A DNA stretch of 32,000 nt, from contig OY969938.1 of the NCBI GenBank assembly GCA_963704755.1, positions 630,001 to 662,000 on the forward strand, written 5' to 3'. Source of the stretch: an uncultured Chloroflexia bacterium. GTDB lineage: Bacteria > Chloroflexota > Anaerolineae > Anaerolineales > Anaerolineaceae. Under the pieces are notes generated by a model. That model was not told where the DNA came from. It did no database searches and worked only from the letters and a program-made list of their open reading frames with translations. The first letter of the stretch is position 1; every line of letters starts with the position of its first letter. Both the position numbers and the translations under genes were made by a program. Below are positions 25,867-32,000 of this stretch, one piece after another.

Positions 25867-26607
25867 TTATACATTTCTTAATTCTTCGAAAAACATTATC
25901 TTCTTTTTGTTAATGTCAGGATTGATTACCTTGTTACAAAAAGCTTCTTTGAATTTTCTCGGGATAATAAAAAAAACCGCATCATCACCATTAGAAATTG
26001 GCAGATAAAAAACAGATGAATAAATTTCACAGTTGTTTATTATTTCTTTTTTTTGCCAAGGAATGAGCGCTTTTTGTAATACCACATTTTGCGGATCGTC
26101 TATAATCCTCCATTCATTTTCATATTTGTATTTAATTATTTCTGTAATTGCCTGAAAGTGATTAGATATATCAGCAATAGATGACGTAATTTGTTTCAAT
26201 CGAAAGTCGTTGTTTTCCAGAAAAATGTTATTTGTCTGTGAGATTAAACTGTTGAGGCTATTTAGTAACTTATTATTAACAGAGTTTTTAGAAGAATAAA
26301 GAACCGGTTGTCCTGAATACTTGTTCACCCATTCTCGTTTCATGCAGATACCGAATTTTCCAAATTTCTTTACATTCTGGGATATTTCACCAAAGCGAAC
26401 CTCAGTTAAACAAATCATCCCGATATTTAGTTTTATTCCTTGTTTCCCATTAGGCTGTACTGGCGTGAAGGTCGCTCCTCTATTAAACCTAAAACCATTC
26501 TCGATAATTCCTAAGAGGTTATTAAGACCGACTTCGTCTCTATTTGAATCGTCCTTATAACTTGTTAAAAACGAAGAGAAATGAATTAAATAATATTTTT
26601 CTTTCAT
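25867..26607 (-). CDS. AbiGi-like abortive-infection family protein
   Basis: YYLIHFSS...LNNLLGIIENGFRF...IGMICLTEVRFGEISQNVKKFGKFGICMKREWVNKYSGQPVLYSS matches the AbiGi-family pattern from memory (HFT..L..IL.nGF; MvCFtd; YG.yGI..K.W....PV.Y). ATG 26607 is preceded by AGAGG; the track starts at TTG 26625. Confidence 0.55.
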   Translation of the reverse strand: MKEKYYLIHFSSFLTSYKDDSNRDEVGLNNLLGIIENGFRFNRGATFTPVQPNGKQGIKLNIGMICLTEVRFGEISQNVKKFGKFGICMKREWVNKYSGQPVLYSSKNSVNNKLLNSLNSLISQTNNIFLENNDFRLKQITSSIADISNHFQAITEIIKYKYENEWRIIDDPQNVVLQKALIPWQKKEIINNCEIYSSVFYLPISNGDDAVFFIIPRKFKEAFCNKVINPDINKKKIMFFEELRNV

Positions 26608-26786
26608 ATCGACCTCTATATCCAACCATTGATTGATAAGATTTTAGCAACTCCAATTTCCTTTAGCAGAAATCTGGATGATCATTTTAGTTGTAGGATG
26701 GGTTTTGTTTTGAACCAGTCAAAAAAACTTTGTACCATCCGATTAAGGTTTATTAATAATTCAATCTATTGAATAATGCACAATAA

Positions 26787-28835
26787 CTAACAATGCTTAA
26801 ACATCCCAGATTTCGAGATGAGCTTATCTATTTCTTCTGATTGCTCCCATGGAAAATCAAACCCAACACCAAATCTAATTTGCAAGTTAGCCGGGTTAAT
26901 GCATAATCCAAACCAACTCTTGGCCTTTTCAATATATTTTCTTCTTAAACAATGATCTGACAAGTCATGAAATGCTTTGGAATGCGATTCATTGTTGCAA
27001 TGGAAAGTAAATCCAGTTGAACCTTCTTTTACTCCTATTGTGAGATCATGATGTTTTTTATCTCTCTTGTACAAAACAATCAAATTATTAATCCCTTGGT
27101 TTATTTCATCAACCGTTGTTTCACTAAGTTCCAATAGTTTAATTCCTAAATCAATAATACCTAGTTCCTCACGTTTTTCGATTTGATTAATAACTGAGCC
27201 AAAAAATGTTCCTTGATAACATGTCAAAATACCATCAGGGGTAGTTTTTCCAGGAACATTTTCTCTTCGAGCCATCATAGCGATATCAATATCTGCACAA
27301 TAATCATCATTAATTACCAATAACGAATAATCATCTTCCACCCATAGATTATTCTTGATATGTAGACCTAAAATGGATAATTCGCCATTAGCTAATAATT
27401 TATCCCCATATAGAATACGCCGGTTTATAAAACTGAAAAACCGTAGTGGGGATTGTAACAATTCACAAAGGACATCAAGAAAAAAAATATCCATAATATA
27501 CGGAGGCATAATAATTTCTGTTGTTTGGAATTTTAGAAACTGACGAACCTGAAAACTGAGGGAGGGATAATGGTCTGAAAGTATGCAGAACGGATAAATC
27601 TCAACGAAATTACGATTAATTACCAATTCATTACCTGCAGTATCAATTAAAGTATTTTCATCGTTGGTTAGGAAAGTTGCGCACAGATATGCTTGATCGT
27701 TGGCATTTTGTACTGCCTTCTTAAAGTCATCCTTTAAGGCATTATCGTTACCTTTTCGCGACTCAATTGTGAGCTTTTTTGATTTGGCTTAAATCAAAAT
27801 TGCCCGATTGCCATAGATTACTAGAACATCAATTTCGCCAATCAGATTTGATTTGTTAAAGATATTTATATTTGTATAGACATGATTTTTTCCAAATACT
27901 CGTTGAAAACATAATGTAGAAAACTCTTCGACAAAGGTTCCTCGGTTTTTTAGAGCTGTATCCTTGTAAGGTTTATCATCAATAAACCAAAAAAATGGGG
28001 TTTCATAATATGCTTCCATTAAACTGTAATATTGAAATAAAAGAAATTCATCTTTGTTAAGTCGAATGATGGGGTAAGCGTTAAATGGATTGAAATCATT
28101 TATTGATGTAAATTCATTTTTGTTTAACGTTTCGGGGGCAACGAATGATGAAATAAATGACTCAACAGTTGCCTCTTCTTCTTTTGACTCTATGGCTATT
28201 TCACTGATTGTGAACTTGTATGCAGGTAAGATAGTCCAATTTTTAAGATTTGTGTTTCCAAAATTATTTAGTACGTGGTTTATTTTTTGATTTTGGAAAT
28301 TTGAAATTGCAGTAATTATTTTGGCCGCTTGTGCGATTGAATATCCCTTATTTGCTGTAAACCAAGGATCATCATTTTTATATTTCAATTGAGACAAATC
28401 TCTGTATTGGAAATGATATGCAAAATCGCCGGAATAAAAAATAGGCTCACGTAATACTGATCCATTTTCGAAAGGATTTGTGGAATCATTAAGTGAAGTA
28501 GAGATTGCCTCTATAGTTGGCTTAATCATGGATAGATGTAATTCTTCTAATAAAGAATCTGTTTCATCAATATATCTTTGAACTATAGTCGGACTTGGCA
28601 ATCGGTCATCTATCTTGTCTTTACACGCCAAACCAATAATTGTTGAAATTTCAGTTCTTATAAGGTGCTTAGGGGAATATGCTTTAATAACTTCTTCGGT
28701 TTCCAGCTCATTAGCAATACCTAAGGTATTATCTCTAAAGCATATAAATGCTATCGCATGTACATAACCTGGTGATGTACAAAGCTTTGATAACTTAGAA
28801 AACACTTCAGATTCAGACCGAGGAGTAATTTTCAT
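26787..28835 (-). pseudogene. ~681-codon NERD/PD-(D/E)xK-like nuclease-domain gene interrupted by one in-frame TAA (27789-27791)
   Basis: Track ORFs 27789-28835 and 26787-27626 are in the same frame, and the 162 nt between them are open. The continuous reading is ...RGTFVEEFSTLCFQRVFGKNHVYTNINIFNKSNLIGEIDVLVIYGNRAILI*AKSKKLTIESRKGNDNALKDDFKKAVQNANDQAYLCATF...LVINRNFVEIYPF... G..E / EID.LV / (stop)xK fits the NERD pattern G..GE...EID.lvi....viE.K. Confidence 0.6.
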
Positions 28836-28887
28836 TTGTTTTCAAAATTGTGTCGACAACTACACATAATATCTATAGAAACAAACG

Positions 28888-29328
28888 CTAATCCCAGCTA
28901 TTATGCTCTTCGCACCAATTGTAAAGAATGATTATTTGTTCTAACTCGTAAATACCTCTGAAAAGATCACCGTACAGTTTGCGATCACTAAAACTGGCAA
29001 TACTCATTGTAACTGCGTTATTAACTAATAAATCATGAGCTATATAGTTTCGATGGTCTACTACGCTGCCTAGATAAACAATGAAGTCATGGCGCAATCC
29101 ATTTCGGCTTAATTCATTTTTCACCCTTCCTAATGTCCATTTTTCCATCAATTCATATGGAATTTCATATTTTCTCGCGAGTAAACCTTTTAATAAAAAT
29201 TCTAATATTTGAGCATTTCCCAAAAACATCGCATACTGCTCCAAGAAGTTCAAACCTTTATAGGATTCTAATTTCTCGTTTACAGCATTTTTAATTTCTT
29301 CTGCAGAAAGAGTTGGATTGATTTCCAT
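28888..29328 (-). CDS. small HEPN-domain protein (Rx4H motif)
   Basis: All-helical, ~146 aa. VVDHRNYIAHDLL contains R-N-Y-I-A-H (Rx4H, the typical RNxxxH form) in the C-terminal half. ATG 29328 lies 8 nt after AGGAG; the track starts at GTG 29337. The next gene begins 52 nt downstream. Confidence 0.55.
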   Translation of the reverse strand: MEINPTLSAEEIKNAVNEKLESYKGLNFLEQYAMFLGNAQILEFLLKGLLARKYEIPYELMEKWTLGRVKNELSRNGLRHDFIVYLGSVVDHRNYIAHDLLVNNAVTMSIASFSDRKLYGDLFRGIYELEQIIILYNWCEEHNSWD

Positions 29329-29644
29329 AAAAAGCACTCCTCAATAATTTGGCTACCCAATGTCAAGAGTAAGGCCTATTCAAAGGTAAATGTGCCGTAT
29401 CGATCTATTTCTATGAGGGATATTCCATCAGGCGAGCCTTCTTTTATCCCCACATCACTAATTATAGCCATCCAATTGTTCAGCGCAACAAAAATTGCCT
29501 TCCAAATTGGAGAGCTGCTTATTTGCAATCAACAAAATTACTTCAGCATCGGTCTGAATTTATACCTGTATATTCGGGGGATTGTGAGAGTGGAAATCTA
29601 AAGGCTGAGGGCCTCAGGGGATACCGACAAAGGTGGAACCTGTC

Positions 29645-29684
29645 GGACAAAATCGCCAGACGCTAAATCCTTAAAAGTCTAGCG
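29645..29684 (-). terminator. candidate terminator after the DUF6602-like gene
   Basis: On the minus strand CGCTAGAC pairs with GTCTGGCG (7 Watson-Crick pairs + 1 G:U) across a 15-nt loop, followed by ATTTTGT. The loop is long, so confidence is low. Confidence 0.3.
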
Positions 29685-29728
29685 AAACGCCCGCATTTGT
29701 CTAGTGCACACGGATTACTCCCACGTAT

Positions 29729-30478
29729 TTATGCAGTTAGGTCTTGGCGTGAAACTATGCCCAAGTCAAATAAACGAGCATATTTTTGATAATTTGGTGG
29801 TGAACTTTTTTGTCCATCAAGAATATCTAGCAATTGAATAAAAAACCAAAGTAACACAGGTGGGGTTAATTCGTGCCATACAAACATGCTTCTTTCCGAT
29901 AACTTATTAGTTATTCGTGTATATCCAGTTTCATCGACAATATTTATTACTCCCGTGTCAAGAACACAAAGTAAGTCGATGAATTGATGAGGTTCTAGAG
30001 AGCGATTAATTTTCCGCAAATTTTCAGCAATACTTCCCATTGGGTCAGTTTTCCATGTTGATGAGTATGCAAAAATTATTCTTGCTATTGCACTGTTTTC
30101 ATGGCTAAGACTTTTTACAGATTTAATCTTTTCCGAAGCATCTCTTAATTCAGCAACAGACAAAACCGATTTTACTTCTATGGTGGCTAATACTGGTTCG
30201 ACTGGAAAAACCCTATAATCTTTTCCTGCCAGTAAAAGCGGGCAATTCAAGTGGTCATAAATTACCAAATCACATTGTTTAGTGGTATGCCCCAACTCAT
30301 CAACTATTTCACCATTCGCGACAGCATATTTAGAAGGCAAATAAGTGCTTAGAAAGGTTCTTAAACTTGCTTCTCTTTCGCTTCCCCTTTCACCAGCATG
30401 GTTGACCTGCGATTGAATTTGTTCAAAGTCCAAAAGCATTTGTTTTCCAATCCCATCAAAAACTTTGCTTAAATCCAT
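29729..30478 (-). CDS. DUF6602-like protein with a PD-(D/E)xK (restriction-endonuclease-fold) signature
   Basis: 249 aa. GERGSEREASLRTFLSTYLPSKYAVANGEIVDELGHTTKQCDLVIYD...FPVEPVLATIEVKS matches the DUF6602 pattern from memory (G..RE..lr.FL...LP....G.i.D..g..S.Q.DivIyD...P.e.v.a.iEVKs). AAGGAAA lies upstream of the ATG. Confidence 0.55.
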   Translation of the reverse strand: MDLSKVFDGIGKQMLLDFEQIQSQVNHAGERGSEREASLRTFLSTYLPSKYAVANGEIVDELGHTTKQCDLVIYDHLNCPLLLAGKDYRVFPVEPVLATIEVKSVLSVAELRDASEKIKSVKSLSHENSAIARIIFAYSSTWKTDPMGSIAENLRKINRSLEPHQFIDLLCVLDTGVINIVDETGYTRITNKLSERSMFVWHELTPPVLLWFFIQLLDILDGQKSSPPNYQKYARLFDLGIVSRQDLTA

Positions 30479-30672
30479 AGATGTTTCCTTGAGTTTTGTT
30501 ATAAACGTTTTATTTTTTGAAGTATCTAGCTACCGGATTGGCTCAATGGCAGCGGCGAGACTCTTCCTCAATTATGTCCCATTTCAGGCAAGCTAACGCT
30601 GTTTTGAGCGGTGAAATCGCTGTCCGACTGTAGCCGATGTTTGCCCGCCTTCTTGAATTTGAGCCAAGATAG

Positions 30673-31800
30673 CTAGCGTTTCTTTTCTGATAACTTCTTA
30701 ATCGTAGCCCGCATTTTTTTCTGTGCTGTTTCGGAAGACTTACCATCTTTACAAAACTTCTGTAGAAGTTCTATTGCCTTTTCGCGGTTTGCGTCATTAA
30801 ATTTGTCTTGATCGTGAAGATACTCAAAGTATTCACGAATTCTCTTACGTGCTACGTGATATGTCTCGCCGCTATAATGCAACAAAAGTTCGGCACTGTT
30901 GGGTTCGTCTGCTCCTATTATCCCTGATATGCCAGAAATGGATATTACCCAATAGGGGTCGTCGATAATATTCTTCTCTAAGAGAATGTTTGATGAGATA
31001 TTCTTATTCTTTACGAGATCGCGAGCAAGTTTAACGGCGTTCTCTAATAATCCGCTTGACGAGGGTGCGTTTGAAATGACGCCTCTTAAAGTTTCTTCAT
31101 CAATCTCAAATCCCTTTTCTCTGTATCCCATTATCATACGTTTGCGAACATCTAGGTCGAAGTCTCTGAGGAGTTTTTTGAATAACTCATCATCTTGTTG
31201 TCCGCTATCTAGCATAACCTTTAATGCCATTATTCTTAAATTTGGTTGTACTGCTTGATTCGCGATAAATTTTCTCAATTCATCTTTATACTTACCCTGT
31301 TTTACTAACTGCAAAAGACCGTCAAAGCCTTCCTTGACCAAAATGTCCCCAATTCTCTCTTGAAAAGGTTCATTCTTTGGTATGCTCTGTTGCAGGTTGA
31401 TATATTTGCTTTGAATGCTTTTCAATAGTTTTGCGAATAAGTCTTGGTACTTCTCTTCCTCCCGAAAATCAGCATAAACCTTATCAAGTAAGAAGCCAGG
31501 CATATCACAGTTGCGCAGTAGAATCGGCAAGACTTTGATATAGGATTCGGAAATTTGAATGTGCAAGGCTTGTTCTAATTCTTCTCGAACCCATGCCGAT
31601 TGCACGGAATCAGGGGAAAGAACTGCACCCAAATAATCCATTTCATATACACCTGATGAAATCTTTCTGATAAGCAAGTCGCCAACCTTAATTTCCGCCT
31701 CATCAAGCCAAACTCGCACCCCTTCTGCTATTAAGTCATTTGCCAAACGGCGTACAAAGGGTTTATCTTTATGGTTGTGGCTTAGAAATATGCTTGTCAT
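30673..31800 (-). CDS. TIR-domain protein with a ~250-aa helical, repeat-like C-terminal domain
   Basis: MTSIFLSHNHKDKPFVRRLANDLIAEGVRVWLDEAEIKVGD...YLGAVLSPDSVQSAWVREELEQAL shows the bacterial TIR pattern, including the S..S.W...E glutamate. The C-terminus is HEAT/ARM-like by eye, with no recognised sensor or effector domain. GGAGG lies 7 nt upstream of ATG 31800; the track starts at 31818. Confidence 0.75.
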   Translation of the reverse strand: MTSIFLSHNHKDKPFVRRLANDLIAEGVRVWLDEAEIKVGDLLIRKISSGVYEMDYLGAVLSPDSVQSAWVREELEQALHIQISESYIKVLPILLRNCDMPGFLLDKVYADFREEEKYQDLFAKLLKSIQSKYINLQQSIPKNEPFQERIGDILVKEGFDGLLQLVKQGKYKDELRKFIANQAVQPNLRIMALKVMLDSGQQDDELFKKLLRDFDLDVRKRMIMGYREKGFEIDEETLRGVISNAPSSSGLLENAVKLARDLVKNKNISSNILLEKNIIDDPYWVISISGISGIIGADEPNSAELLLHYSGETYHVARKRIREYFEYLHDQDKFNDANREKAIELLQKFCKDGKSSETAQKKMRATIKKLSEKKR

Positions 31801-31862
31801 ATTTGCAACCTCCATCATGTGCCGAGTAATTTTTGCAGTTGTAGGCGTGCTCTGCCACGTGG

Positions 31863-31918
31863 TGCCTCAAAATAAAATGTTACTTTGGGATAATCGTTGC
31901 CTCAAATAGAAATGTTAC
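31863..31918. repeat. two 21-nt imperfect direct repeats (18/21) upstream of the TIR gene
   Basis: TGCCTCAAAATAAAATGTTAC (31863-31883) and TGCCTCAAATAGAAATGTTAC (31898-31918), with starts 35 nt apart. The 8-bp palindrome CCACGTGG lies just promoter-proximal. Confidence 0.7.
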
Positions 31919-32000
31919 CGGAGAATTCTTAACAATTGATTGACCTTTTTATTGATACTGGCCTGTAAGGACACAGGGTTCAGATGAACATATTGGGCAG

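Larger units (their letters stand above)
21848..32000. mobile_element. putative horizontally acquired region (plasmid-like module + low-GC island); right boundary beyond the window, no integrase or transposase seen
   Basis: GC drops from ~58% (line 8281: 35/60) to ~53% (line 22681: 32/60) and ~40% (line 23701: 24/60). It then falls to ~30-32% (lines 28021 and 30061: 18/60 and 19/60). The gene content switches from housekeeping to partition/replication and defence-type genes. Confidence 0.5.

Noticed and set aside
27789-27791. In-frame TAA as stop-codon reassignment or programmed read-through instead of a mutation
   Set aside because: Other island genes end with TAA (25867-25869, 29729-29731) or TAG, so TAA is a working stop here. 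I know of no bacterial or phage code that reassigns TAA alone, and no obvious read-through context was seen.
29392-29601. 69-aa plus-strand ORF inside the island intergenic gap
   Set aside because: It runs opposite to all island genes, has no SD and a hydrophobic/low-complexity translation, and is only just above the size cutoff.
29338-29728. Retron-like msr/msd or ToxI-like repeat RNA in the long intergenic gap
   Set aside because: There is no reverse transcriptase gene in the island, no flanking a1/a2-type long inverted repeats and no tandem repeat units. Only a few short hairpins are present. It is kept as a low-interest structured-region finding instead.
30543-30746. 67-aa minus-strand ORF overlapping the 3' end of the TIR gene and the GC-rich patch
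   Set aside because: It starts inside the TIR coding frame in another frame, gives an Arg-rich, sequence-poor product and has no SD.
21848-32000. att-type direct repeats or a tRNA gene marking the boundaries of the acquired region
   Set aside because: Comparison by eye of 21848-22158, 25617-25866 and 31819-32000 found only trivial AT-rich similarities. No tRNA-like T-arm or acceptor sequence was found. The right boundary is probably outside the window.
1-32000. CRISPR arrays, rRNA or tRNA genes, transposases or integrases
   Set aside because: No regularly spaced repeat arrays, no rRNA- or tRNA-like sequences and no DDE, tyrosine or serine recombinase motifs were seen on either strand.

Overview
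The window has three compositional tiers; GC values are by-eye counts of individual 60-nt lines. (1) 1-21847 is GC-rich (~55-60%) housekeeping chromosome. The proteins look Chloroflexota/Anaerolineae-like, which is inference only. It encodes panE (partial), fmt, an ECF sigma factor with a small membrane protein, a polytopic-membrane S8 peptidase and an alpha/beta hydrolase. It also encodes an unusual 1043-aa SHMT-GcvT fusion, an aminotransferase, a TGS/uridine-kinase fusion and a lipoate-protein ligase. The remaining genes are a PhnD-like lipoprotein, SanA/DUF218, an HD protein, a TIM-barrel/NTF2 protein, and gyrA with a long basic Lys/Ala/Pro tail. (2) 21848-25616 has intermediate GC (~40-53%) and looks plasmid-like. 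It holds repeats, then a translationally coupled RHH-like/ParM-like/RHH-like tricistron, a coiled-coil protein and a replication-relaxation-like protein. No integrase is visible. (3) 25617 to about 31900 is a sharp low-GC (~30-33%) island with every gene on the minus strand. Its genes are an AbiGi-like protein, a ~681-codon NERD/PD-(D/E)xK-like gene, a small Rx4H HEPN protein, a DUF6602-like PD-(D/E)xK protein, and a TIR protein with a helical C-terminal domain. The NERD-like gene is cut by one in-frame TAA exactly where the catalytic E/Q of the D..(E/Q)xK motif should be. I cannot map this island onto any canonical defence-system architecture, and it is the best candidate for an undescribed system. 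Domain calls come from motifs read by eye, since no searches could be run. No rRNA, tRNA or CRISPR array was seen.
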